A DNA stretch of 64,000 nucleotides, from contig NC_043010.1 of NCBI RefSeq assembly GCF_006345805.1, positions 60,202,001 to 60,266,000 on the forward strand, read 5' to 3'. The DNA is from Octopus sinensis (taxonomy: Eukaryota). The position numbers were made by a program, and so were the translations under genes. Under the pieces are notes generated by a model, which saw only the letters and a list, made by a program, of their open reading frames with translations, was not told the DNA's origin and made no database searches. Each line of letters starts with the position of its first letter. Within the stretch, counting starts at the first letter, position 1. Shown in pieces: positions 51,930 through 64,000 of the stretch.

Positions 51930-54305
51930 ATGTTGTTATCCATATCCATATTTTTTATCTTACTGCACTGTTGTCAATGTGTAGATCTCATCTATCATGT
52001 ACAAGAAGAAAAAGATGCAAACACCTTCGTTGGAGATATTGCAAGTAACTCACAATTGTTTGCTAGTCTCTCATCTCAGAATTATGAACACATTACTTTT
52101 ACTCAACTCAAACGCCGGATGTCTAGTAGCTCTCTTCTGTTCAATGTTACTAAGAGTGGGAAATTATACACAGCCCAACGGTTAGATGCCGACTCTCTTT
52201 GTACATATAACAAAGAATGTTCAAAAATTGTCAAAGTTGCAGTAAGGCAAGCAGAAGCATTTCTAAAAGTATTGAAAATCAAAGTGATAATTGAAGATAT
52301 TAATGATCATCAACCTGTATTTTCTGACAAACAAATTGATCTTCAGTTCTATGAGACAGATGGGAAAGGGACAAAGAAATCAGCACCAAGTGCCATAGAT
52401 GGGGACATGGGAGTTTTAAATTCCAAAATTAACTATAGACTAAAAAATAATGTAAATCAGACATTTTCATTATTTGTTTCCAAAAGAGTTGATGGTGTAT
52501 CAACACTGGAAATCATCTTAGAAAAAAAACTTGATCGAGAGATCAAAGATCTATATTTAGTGCAAGTTGTTGCTCAAGATGGAGGTTCTCCACCACAGCA
52601 GTGTATTCTAAATGTTCATATTTCTGTTATTGATGAAAATGATAATCGACCTGTTTTCTTTAAAAATTTGTACAATGTTTCAGTGAAAAATACTCATTTA
52701 AGAATGAGACCTGTTGTAATATTATCAGCAAAGGATAAAGATTCAGGTGAAAATAGTCATGTTTCATATTACTTTAGTCCCAAGACATCAGCAATTGCCA
52801 GAGACCATTTTAGGATCAACAAAGAAACAGGAGAAATTTTCCTTGATAAAACCTCAAAGTTAAATGAGAAAATGACTTTTAAGTTATTTATTGAAGCCAG
52901 AGATGGAGGTAGTCCACCTTTGAGTTCAATTGCAACAGTTATAGTGAGTGTCTTGAATCAAGAAAATAATGCCCCAACTATAGATGTAGATTTTGTTTCT
53001 GTATTAACTGAAAACACTACAAAAATAGTTGAAAGTACCAAAGTTGATAGTTTTATAGCATATGTTATGGTTACAGACAATGATGTTGGACACAATGGAG
53101 AAGTCACATGTGATCTTAAACATGAAAAATTTAAACTTTCTGCAATTAGTTCAAAAGAATACAAGGTTATTTTAAAAGAGCGTGTTGATAGAGAAATTGA
53201 GGATCATTATATAATTACAATAACATGCCAAGACCATGGATTCCCACCATTGCAGAGAGAAAGAAAATTTTCTCTTCAGTTGATGGATGTCAATGATGTA
53301 CAGCCAATGTTTACTAAAGACACATTCAAATTTTTGACCTATGAAAATGAAAAACCATCATTTCCAGTTGGATTTGTTAATGCCACTGACCCAGATTTAG
53401 GGCTAGGAGGCAAATTGTCATATGCTTTATTTGATAAAGACCAATTTGACATTCCTTTCAAAATAACAGACAATGGATTTATTTCAACTAGAAAATCTCT
53501 TGACCGTGAACAAAACAGCATTTATAAATTTCAAGTTTTAGTCAGAGACAATGGAAGTCCATCACTTAATAATACAGCTAATGTTATTGTTGAAATTATG
53601 GATGAAAATGATAATGCCCCTTATTTCACCTTTCCTAGTGTTAGCCCCTTTAGTTTGGATCTTCATTACCATCCACAAAGTGACACTGAAATCACTGTTC
53701 TGAGAGCATCAGACAGAGATAGTCATGTAAATGCTTTCCTTACCTATGAATTAATTGGAGGTAATGATAAACGATTATTTATGATTAATGCTCATTCAGG
53801 TATTTTATCTTTTTCTCGAGCCGTTTATCAAAATGATGCAGGGTCATATGAACTTCAATTTATAGTTAAAGACAGTGGAAATCCAGTTCTATCAGCAACA
53901 ACCATTTTGTCCTTAACATTGACTGTCAGTAATAAAACATCAACTATGCTAACAGCTGTCCAAATTCAATCCAGTGATATGATTGATGTAAACTTAGTTA
54001 TAATTATTGTTGTTGTAGCAGTGGTGCTGTCTATTGCCATTGTGATATTCATTACAACATGCATTGTTAAATACAACTACCCCAGAAATGCTAACCATGG
54101 CACAGATGTAAATACTTCATACCAGTCAAGAAGTGAAATGCGAAATCTCATTTATCAAACTAACAATCGAGTTTCAATGACAAGAGGCCAAAATGAAGGC
54201 ATGAGTCCAAATACTCCATCAATGAGATCAAGGGGTCAATTTTATCCTGAAATCGAATCTCAGAAACCTTCCACTATGATCAGAACACTTTCAAAGTCTT
54301 CACAA
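51930..54305 (+). CDS. PCDH: Protocadherin large coding exon: signal peptide, EC1-EC6, TM and proximal cytoplasmic tail
   Basis: Intact ORF. MLLSISIFFILLHCCQC signal peptide; DINDHQP, DENDNRP, NQENNAP, DVNDVQP and DENDNAP linkers; LDRE/VDRE and DGG.PP motifs; EC1 LC..C; TM VNLVIIIVVVAVVLSIAIVIFITTCIV. Phase-0 donor CAA|GTAAGT at 54305/54306. Symbol is family level only. Confidence 0.97.
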
Positions 54306-55893
54306 GTAAGTCCATTGCTTTCATTATCATTATTTTAAGCTGTTTTATTGTTCAAGTGAAAATAATTGAGATTGATTCATGATAATATGAAGTCACTGAA
54401 GATTAATTTGTTGGTATTAAAACAAAAACTGATTTTTAAAATACAATAATGTCTGAAATAAATTATGGGGGCATTTTAACTGGATTTACAATTAGGAGAT
54501 TAAACACTTATAAAGTATTTATTTAACCATTGTTTTAACAGGAACACTTTTACCATGAAAATATCCAATAAAACAATTAAAAGCAACCTTTAACAGAGCA
54601 TATCTGATCTCATATGCTATATTTTGAGCTTGCATTGAAAATACAATGCATTACATCTTGCTACTATTAGTTAAGTCACATAGACTAGGATCATCAAAGC
54701 AAGCGGTCTGCTTTGCTGCTGTAGAGATACTATTTCCACATCAAACGTCAGCAAGGTGGACTAAGTATCAACAAAGTAGCTTTAGCTGAAAGTTGGTTCG
54801 CTACACAATTTAAATACATGTCTAGTGTGTAAATTGATGTTGTAGTAATTTTAGATGCAACAAAATGGTCAAAAAGCTATGCTTTCAAATTTGGTGGTGT
54901 ATGACATTTTGGATTAGTATTGATATATTTTAGTTTCAGCTGTGGGTTTTGACATTGTATTCAAGGAATATATCAATGTTGCATTAGATATTAACAATGA
55001 TTCACCATAATTACCTTCAATTTTAGTATTTTTGACATTTTATTAAGGTGGACTATGTGTAAGATGCAATACAGGGTGTATCACTTTACTGTGGATTGAT
55101 AAAGGAAAATTTCGAGAATTTATATTTATTATGCATTAAATATGAAGAATAGTTATGATGCATGCAACAATAATAGTGAGGTTAAAATACTAAATCACTA
55201 ATCACATTGTCAGAAATTCAAACTTCACCACTGTATTGTGCTTTTTGAGCAAATGTTATATATCTCTGTATGGCATTGATTAACAGACTCTCAAAAAAAG
55301 AAAAAAAGGGTAAAAAATTTAACTTTATTTTTTTTCACTACTGAGCGGTCAGTTGCAAAGTACAGTTGCTCAAAACAAATATTATGCACATATGGAAGAA
55401 TGAATATAAAACAGTAAACAAAGTTGATATAAAAGTCATACTAAGTCATGTATAAGTCATATATAAATCATATTAACAAACATAAATAGGTTTTACATAA
55501 TATAAAATTAATTTGGTGCATTGTTGTACTGAAATTAACTAAAAGGACTATTTTATCTAATGTTGAAAACTGATATGACTAAGTTTCACTGCTCATCCTA
55601 TATATAATCATTCCAAACAGAATTTTAACAAGTAAAACCCACATGAATGTTTGAAAGGCTCGTCCTGTAGAGGTGTGTCTGCCTATACAACAGCTTCATG
55701 CACATCTCCTGAAACAGAGCTCATACCATTTACTTTTGCCGTAAGCCAGTATGCAGAGGTAGGATAAAATGTTGAAACAGCTGAGCAACAAAAAGCCTTT
55801 TACCTCATCCTATGAAAAAGTAGTGTAGTATTTGACCTAGATGTAACAGATACAAAGCTGTTAGTTTGGTCATTACAAATAAGATATTCGGAA

Positions 55894-58800
55894 TGTCACC
55901 ACTATTATGTTGTGGTGATATTCTGCATCCTATTATCTTTGAAACGTCTACCATGATGGTAACTCCAACTTGTATATATCACGTAACTGACACTGACTCC
56001 AACTGAGAACTCAGACAACAACTCTACTACTACTACTGACCTCCTACAATTACTGACAGTCTGATTTTATAGTGGCTGAGTCATACCACTTTGTCATGTG
56101 GGAAGGGGTGTACCATTTTCACAACAGCATCACCCCACTTAGTTTTTTTTTTTTATTTGGGAAGCAAGTAATTTTATTTTACTTCATTCTCTCCTCCTCT
56201 CTTTTTTAGCATTTTTTTCACTTCTTACTTTTGCTTTTTGGCATGTATTTTCAGGTACTCTGTGTTCTTCCTTTTTCTTCCACTTGTATGCATGGGTTCA
56301 ACCACCTGTAATGGTGTTGGTACCAGGAATGTGCCATACAATCATTCCATAGGCACATCTAATCTGTCTGATTCATTTTCTATGAATCTCTTCTTTAATT
56401 GGTTTCTGTGTCTTTTTTTAGTACCTTTTTTGCTTTTTACCCAATACATCATTTTCCCTATGTACTTTGTAATTTCACCTTCTTCTTAGTACTACTTTCC
56501 ATTTTTATACAACCTTATGTACACCTTATCACCAATTTTGAAAAATTTTGATATGACTTTCTTGGCACTTTTTCTTTCCTTGCCAAGTAACAGTTTATCA
56601 AAAGCTGATTTCACTTTCCTCATGAACATCAGTTCTGCTGGTGACCTTCCTGCTGGTGTATTGGGGTTCGGTGTCATCCTGTAAACCCTTAGGAATTGTT
56701 GCAGAGTGATTTCATCTGTGACTTCCTTGTTTGCTTTTCTCGAAGCTCTTTTAAACATGTCAACAAATCACTCTGCCTATCCATTTGATGTGGGATGGTA
56801 AGGCACTATCATTCTATGTTCTAGAATTTCGCAGAATTTTCCATTATCAGATACAATCACGTCTGGGATACTGAATCTTGTGAATAATTTGTGCAAAAAA
56901 TTTATTACAACTGAGGCAGTTGGTCTCTTGCACTTAACAATTTCCGGCCATTTTGTAAACCTTTTAACTGCTACTAAGTTGTAGTTGACAACTACGATGG
57001 ACCCAAAAATCGATGTGTAGTCTTGTCCGTAATTTTTTAACTTCTGGTCAAGGTTCCCATTTTTGAACTGGCAATTTCACTGCCAGAGCACATCTTCTGC
57101 AGCTTCTTACTACGTTTTCAACTTCCTTGTCCATCTTCGACCAATACACATAACTGTGCATAAACACTTTCATCCTTGTGATCCCTGGATGTCCAATATG
57201 GAAGTCTTTCATCATTCTTTTTTGTAGAGCCTCAAGTATCACTACCCTTTGGTACTCCATCAGTTCACCATTTCATGTTGAATATATGTTTACATCTTGT
57301 TGTTTTTCTTACCAAATCTTTTATTTTTCTTTTGTTGACCACAGAGCTTTTTGTTTCATTAATGAACTTGTCTTTTGATGTGTGTTGCTTTATCTCTTCC
57401 AGAGTTATTGATAACTCCTGTACAATGTTTTACATTATGTGTTTAATTTTCCCTTCAGCTCTTAGGACTACTATTACTGCGTCCTTGAATGGTTCACTAT
57501 TTCTGGGTATTAACCTGAATAGGCCATCAGCATGTCCTAACTTTTTTTAAGGTAAATATTCCAGTGCATAGTCATAGTTTAGTAGTATGGTGCCCCACCA
57601 CTCAACTTTCTTGGATCCATAAATTATTAGCAATGGGCAATAGTCTGTTTGTAATCTAAACTGTTTACCATGTATAAACCTGTGGAACTTTTTTATGCAA
57701 AATATAATTGCCAATGCCTCTTTTTCAATTTGGCTATAATTTTTTCCTACTGGCGTCCTTGACATGGGAGCTATGGCCTTTTGGCCACCATCTTGACATT
57801 TGTGTAGGAGTATGGCACCTACTCCATACTCACTATCATCTGTTGCAAGTGTTATCGCTAACTTTGGATTGAAGTGTGTAAGTGACAAGTCTGAAGTTAA
57901 CATGTTTTTTAGTTCCTCAAATGCCTTCTGTCATTTTTCTGACCAAAGCCATTTGGCATACTTTTTAACAGCTCATTTAGTGGATCCCTTGTGTTGTGTA
58001 TGTTCAGAATATATACTTCATAGTAATTTACCAAGCCTAAGAATGCTTGTAACAATTTGATGTTCACTGGGAAAAGCATATTTCACATTGCCATTGCTTC
58101 TGATGGGTCTGTCTTTCATCCCTTTTTGTCAGTTACTTGGCCCAAATATTTGATTTCTTACATCAAAAATTCACAATTTTCTTCTGTTAGTCTAAACCCA
58201 TATTCATTTATTTTTCTGAATACTTTTTGAATAAGGTCGAAGTGTTGCTCCAGAAACATTTGTCAGAAACATTTTTAGGCAATATAAAGTTACAGTATTT
58301 CTCATGCTCTATCGTCATCAGTTTCCTCGCAATTAGACGCATTTTCATTTTATCCGTTCAGTCTTGGCATTCTTCTTTGAAAATTTATTCGAATCTTCGG
58401 TAATAAGCCTTGAAAGTGACTCCTTCTACTGGGTCATATTTGAATTTATTTATTGAATTTGCTACATGGTCTGGTGAAATCGTATTTTCCGGTTTTGTTA
58501 CCCACTTCATTAGTTGTAGCATTTGTTGCTGTTACATTAGTTGTTGTTCTTGTTGTTTTTTGAGTTGTTGTTGTTGCTATTTTTGCAACTCATCTAGATC
58601 CTCTAACAAGTTTTCCATAATTTTATGGATTGTTTGTAAAATATGTATAACAAAAATGTTTATTACTCTTCTGTTGAGTTTTTAATTCCTCCACATGAAT
58701 TTTTTTAATGTCGTCTGCATGAATTATCTTCAAGGGGGAAAAAAAAATTTTTCAACATTGTCCACATGAATTGTTTATATCCTCATCACCACTGTTATAA

Positions 58801-59040
58801 TGTGAACTCTCGTCCACTTGTATGTTGTTGTCAGCACTGTGGTATTCCATGCCTTATTCTCTTTGACTTGTCTATCATGCTATTGCTGATAGCGCTGCAA
58901 GACAATGACTTGGAAACATCTGCCTTGATGGTAACTCCAACTCATATAAAACATGTAACTGATACTGATTCCAGCTGAGAACTCATACAACAACTCTATT
59001 ACTACTGACCTCCTACAACGACTGACTGTCTGACTTTATA
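55894..59040 (-). mobile_element. Decayed, internally deleted Gypsy (Mag-like) LTR retrotransposon, antisense in the protocadherin intron
   Basis: Diverged LTRs at about 55894-56126 and 58793-59040. PBS TGGTGATGAGGAT at 58779-58791. PPT-like AAGTGGGGTGATG before TGTTGTG. gag FKYDPVEGVTF..KYCNFILPK; RT IKYLG; RNase H ATDDSEYGVGAIL..EKEALAIIF; integrase H..HPG..C..C and FLRVYRMTP. Confidence 0.92.
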
Positions 59041-59089
59041 ATCAAACTAATGCAGTCTTTTCTCTTGCACATACTGTTTGATTCCTATT

Positions 59090-60045
59090 ATACCCATTTT
59101 TTTTCTAAACACCTTGGTACTTTGTTGCTCCTGCACATTGACAATGCACATCTAATGGAGAATGCAAACTTCATTTCTTTCTAGCATTTGTAGGTCTTCT
59201 GCATTTAGGCCCATGTCTCACTATCATGTAGTTTTGCAGTTCATATGCAAGCATCACATATTCTGCCTTTTACTCTAAAAGACAAACCTTTTGTTGCCAA
59301 CAGAGATAAACAGCTCCCTGAATTTTCACCTGCCTGTTCTTAGGCTTGCTACTAAACTTTCAAAACATTTTCCACCTCTGTTAATAAAGGTACCTAGGTA
59401 ACAGAATCAATCTGTTCGCTCTGGGGAAATTTGCTTAGGCAATTGAGATCATTTATTTTCTGTGCACTCTTCATGATTATTACTCCTGCACAGCTGCCAT
59501 ATACAAATCTGCTTTCTCTAGTAACCTGTTCATGATTCCACTATACCTCTTGTGTGTTGATAGCTTGCATTGATTACACTGTATGGAATTCTACCAACTT
59601 CTCTTCTATATGTTGGGCAAGGTCATTTCTCTGATGGGAGAAGGGTCATATCTACTTTCTCATTTTCTCATATTTTAGGCTTTGTTAAATTACTTTGAGG
59701 CTTTTTGATTCCAAGTTTGGCTTCCATGATTGGAATTTCTCCTCTAATCCTACTACAGTTTCTGTTATAAGAATGAGGACATCACAATATGTGAATTCCC
59801 AAGGGCATTCAGTCTTAAACTCCCTTTTTATGGTTTGGAAGTCTAAGATGACTAGATGGGGATAGAGAAGAACTGAGCCTTACTGGGCATACTAAATTCA
59901 TTGCTATTTTTTTGTTTCAAACTCTTACCTGCCAACAGAATCTCTGTACATGGATCTCACAAGCCATTCAACTTCTCTCAGCTTCTCCGCACCCACTGGA
60001 TCACCAAGCTAGGGATTCTGTCAAAGGCTTTCTTTGGATGAACCA
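59090..60045 (-). mobile_element. Old RTE LINE RT fragment of the same PHD-bearing lineage
   Basis: KKAFDRIP, ECPWEFTYCDVL, LEEKFQSWK, C..(Y)..VGRNSIQCNQCK..HKR..SCAG, FCYLG, LHDSETW. Many stops. Confidence 0.85.
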
Positions 60046-61065
60046 ATACAGTGTTAATAATTTTTGAGAAGTGCAGATAAAAATCTGTTATGTATCTAAT
60101 GAAAATATGAATCAGTAATTTTACCTTCAAATGCACTTTTAAAAGTGCTGATGGGAAACTGAAGTAGTAAAAATTATAGAGTTAATTTGAAATTCAATTT
60201 GAAATTTTAAAATTTTATTTAGATGAAGTGAGGTGGAAATGCTGTAAAAATTCCATATGTAAAAAGGTCCACATACCTATTCAGGAATAAAATTTTATAT
60301 ATTTTACTACAAAAATTAAAACCGCATCTTATTTAAAACAGGTTCATTACATTTTCAAAGACTATATATAACCTTAGTTGCATAATCAAAATTAAGATCT
60401 TTCTTAAATAATATCACAATAAACTTTATAAAAATCTCCAGTCACAACAATGAATAAAGTATTGCTTTCTACCTCTGATGAAAGTAAAAAGTAAAATTAA
60501 AATTAGTGTAAAAAAAATGTTTTGCAGCATTTATTCCTGTTCTTTCTACTTTCAACTTTGCCTTTCCTTTCGCGATAGGTAAATAAAGGACCAGTCAAAT
60601 ACTGGGAGTGAAGCATCCAACTAAATCCCTTTCTTCAAAATTGCTGGCATTGTACATAAATTAGAAACAATTATTCCTGATAAAAGAGAGGGCATTCTAA
60701 TATTTACTAGTGTTAATTTATGAGACATGACTATCAACTAAAGAGCCAACCAGTGCCATCTAACATGACTATCAACTGAAGTGATAAACAGTGCTATCTT
60801 AGTAGTACTATCAGATGGAAACTGAACCCAAGTTTACTAGGAAAAGGCTTATACCACAAAATATTTTTTCAAATATAAGATATCAGCACACAAACTACAC
60901 TAAATTGCTACGGATTATTCTTATCCTTAATAGAGATTTCTTAAAAGATTTTAACAAATTAGAAATGGAGGAACATATCAAAACTGAAGACTGTAACTGA
61001 TGCTCTTTTTCTGTCCTCACCAAACTTTATATTTACAAGTTTTTATTCTTTTTCAATACTCTTAG

Positions 61066-61222
61066 ATGTACAGTCAACCTGTTACTGTGACATCTGGTGG
61101 TGAGCCAATGGAGCAAAACATTGTTATGGTCCCTAACTATCTGAGTGATACAATGTCTACCAAAAGAGACAGTGGACATAACTGGAATGAAGGAGAAACA
61201 AAACAATATGAAGAAATACCTG
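61066..61222 (+). CDS. PCDH: Protocadherin cytoplasmic exon 2 (52 codons plus 1 nt)
   Basis: Acceptor ttttattctttttcaatactcttag|. Phase 0 matches the donor at 54305. Encodes ..SDTMSTKRDSGHNWNEGE.., similar to the DSG(H/R) CM1-type motif. Donor CCTG|GTATGT. Confidence 0.88.
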
Positions 61223-61905
61223 GTATGTTAGTGGTTATTTTCTGTTTTGTTTCCTCCTTGCTATTCATTAACCTTAATTTATTTGAATTAAAAGATGCTC
61301 CAAAATATGAAAATGATTATATTTGTAAATAAATTGATCATAACACAGAATCTAGCAAAAATAAGTTTTCTGTGTAAATTGGTTGAATTAATGGCAAGGA
61401 TATTAGTGGGCATTGGTTTACTAACAAACCCTCTGATTATGGCTGCTAAAATCTCTATTTTGTTAAAATAGACCTCTCAAAAATGCCAAAAAATAGGAGC
61501 ATGGCCCACAACTAATGTACAGTTTAAGTTTGAACACAGAAAGGGGTATACAAGATAGATCCAACCAACTTTATAAAATATCACTCATTTTAGCTCAGAT
61601 CCTGAATAAATGGATTTGCAAAATATATTATGCATGATACTTAAAAGAAATGTTTACATTAACTGATGATAGAATTCAAGTTCTTGTTTTGAAACTACTT
61701 TTTTTTTCTTTTCATTTTGGAAAAAAAAAATATTTACAAGTTATTATTGGCATTAGAATTACATGTTTAAAAAACTTCCTATATTGTTATCATCCTTAAA
61801 ATATGCAACTGGATATTAAAGTTTAAACTTTCAAATAAGCATATAATGGAGTTCAGTTTGTCTTAGCAGAAAATAAAATCCAAAACTTTATCGCCTATAA
61901 CTGAA

Positions 61906-61954
<49 letters not shown>

Positions 61955-62010
61955 CAACATATATATCCAAAAAAGTAGCACATGCTAAAGAATAGAGCAG
62001 TAGTGTATTC

Positions 62011-62163
62011 ATATGCAGTGAAGTTTGTGTCTGGTCATAGAGTGACCAATGGTTTCACATCCATAAAGGGCCTAGAGTCTGATGAGCTATCCATAGGGCT
62101 AGGTACTTTATGGATGCAAAACCATTGGTCACTCTATGACCAGACACAGACTTAACTACATAT
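62011..62163. repeat. 153 bp near-perfect hairpin (TA-flanked MITE-like or pre-miRNA-like) in intron 2
   Basis: GTGTCTGGTCATAGAGTGACCAATGGTTT pairs exactly with AAACCATTGGTCACTCTATGACCAGACAC, and the arms extend to about 63 bp. A related half copy sits at about 26908-26945. Confidence 0.9.
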
Positions 62164-62179
62164 AAAAATATATATATAC

Positions 62180-62231
<52 letters not shown>

Positions 62232-62529
62232 ATATATATAAATACCTCATTTACAACTGCCTACCACCTCAATACACTTGACTAATATAGGCACAATGAG
62301 TTGCTAATATCCATTGACTGAAACAGCTGTAAGTGATTTTAATAATTTATATTCATGTTTTTTAATAACTAATTGTATTCTCATCTTATATGCATTGAAT
62401 AATATACTATATGTATGTATGTTATTATGGTTGTAGTTTTGATAGATAAAAAAGTCAACATTATAATATCCTGAAGCTGATGAGCCAACTAATGTGCGTC
62501 TCCATTTTCTTATTTATAATATATGTTCT

Positions 62530-63093
62530 GAAAAGACACCCACTTAGATTGCATATCTGATTTGGACCACCAAGAGCTGCAGATAAGTTTTGAACTTTGT
62601 GGATCTTAAAATCTCTTTTGAGGCCTCCATTAGATTTGCAAACTTTCTGGTATACACTGTATTCAAAGGTGTGCTCAGACATATAGGCAGAATAATTGGT
62701 GGAGGTTTGTTTTTCATGGGTTTGCAAATTAGATTTGAGCCCAGCAAAAGAAAGGCATGGTCTGTCACAAACTGTGCACATGAAAAGGTCATTGTCATTC
62801 ACCTTCTCGATTGTAACATTCTTCCTTAGATCTTTTCTGAATCTTAGTTGTGTCATCCTGGCCTCTTCTCCACTCCACACTTTTGTTCGCCATCCAACTC
62901 GATCCAAAGCAAGGGTATCCATGTCTTCTGGATCCACTCCAAGTGACTGTGTAGTAGTCCTTATGCCATCCTTAAACCTTTATTTTTTAGGTTTATGCCA
63001 ATAGCATTTCCCCTCTGCAAGCTCACCATAAAACAGCTGTTTTGGCATGCGTTCATCTGCCATTCGAACAATATGGCCACACCATCTCATTTG
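62530..63093 (-). mobile_element. RTE (BovB-like) LINE C-terminus with degenerate tandem C2H2 fingers, antisense in intron 2
   Basis: [40 protein letters not shown], then CTVCDRPCLSFAGLKSNLQTH and a second KVCKSNGGLKR..KIH unit. Confidence 0.85.
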
Positions 63094-63454
63094 GTATATA
63101 TATATATGTATACATACATACATGTATATATACACACACATAAATATATTATGGTTTAAACTTTAAAATTGTCTGGAGATTTAAAATTATATTATTTCTT
63201 AAACAAAATATATTAAACATATTCTAGGACAGAGATCTAAGACAAAATATATTCAGCATTTTTTAACTGGTAAGTTATTTTAACAATATTTTTTTAACCT
63301 ACTAATGTGATAAATCTGATGGTCTAATTCAAGATTGAGTATTACTGTCAAGCATTTTATGGTTTATATTATACTTAATTTTAAATTGGGTTTCTAAAAC
63401 TATTATCCTGTAAAGGCAAGTTTGATAATTTTCTCTTGTTTTGGCTTTTTCCAG

Positions 63455-63501
63455 GGCTTTACAACTTCAGACACATATCATCCACTTCAAAGATGGACTG
63501 A
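63455..63501 (+). CDS. PCDH: Probable terminal coding exon of the protocadherin (GLYNFRHISSTSKMD*)
   Basis: Strong acceptor ttttctcttgttttggctttttccag|. The phase-1 join to exon 2 is open to TGA at 63499-63501. No transcript evidence. Confidence 0.6.
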
Positions 63502-64000
63502 AACCACAAAGACAGACATATAAAAAGAAATCAATGAGATTGTAATAGAAATGAATCAACAAGCAGAGAAGTGAGCAAAATACCTATAAGCCTTCCAGAG
63601 ACAGAATCATAAAACACCCATTTATGGTTACATTCGATTGTAGGAGTGATATAGTACCATTTAATGTGCATGAGACATGTGTCTTTGGAATACATTAGTA
63701 TTGTTAATATTGAAGATGAATATAACAAAAAATATTTTTTACCTACATTCAATCATACAAGGTATGCATACAGACCATGATGAGGTGAACATGGATCTTA
63801 TCTTCATTTTAAATATTCTGGTTTATATATACATACCCTGATATATGTTTTCCCTGTGTACAGATACATAGTTGTGCACATAATATATAGAAAATGTTTA
63901 GAAAATGTGAATGTAAAAATGTGTATTTATACATATACTCATTTGTGAGTACGAAAAAGATAGCTCATCCTCAATACACGAAGAAGAGTTTAATTAATTT

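Overview
This is a 64 kb, very AT-rich, microsatellite-dense eukaryotic window. It is almost certainly from a coleoid cephalopod, probably Octopus (inferred from the protocadherin type and the repeat landscape). I can support one host gene: a + strand protocadherin. Its large coding exon (51930-54305) encodes a signal peptide, six EC repeats, a TM helix and the start of the cytoplasmic tail. A phase-matched cytoplasmic exon with a DSGH motif lies at 61066-61222, and a probable short terminal exon at 63455-63501, giving about 859 aa. The large exon opens with a strong splice acceptor, so the promoter and first exon lie upstream and part of the preceding 51 kb may be intronic. The rest is mobile-element debris: several tRNA-derived SINE families, RTE LINEs, a young CR1-type LINE, Penelope-like fragments, two decayed Gypsy LTR elements, several Helitrons and MITE/foldback palindromes. 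Best leads: (1) a Cys4-His-Cys3 PHD-type finger inside the RT-coding region of two independent RTE copies; (2) a degenerate Ca2+ junction at EC3-EC4 whose missing acidic residues are one A-to-G change away, so A-to-I editing is worth testing; (3) a 1.5 kb two-tier palindrome with 99%-identical inner arms; (4) at least nine fold-back structures around the gene; (5) a Penelope GIY-YIG nuclease split by a ~350 nt low-complexity insert; (6) stacked and template-switched Helitron ends. I cannot claim a wholly new biological system from sequence alone. Most ORF-track entries are translated microsatellites.
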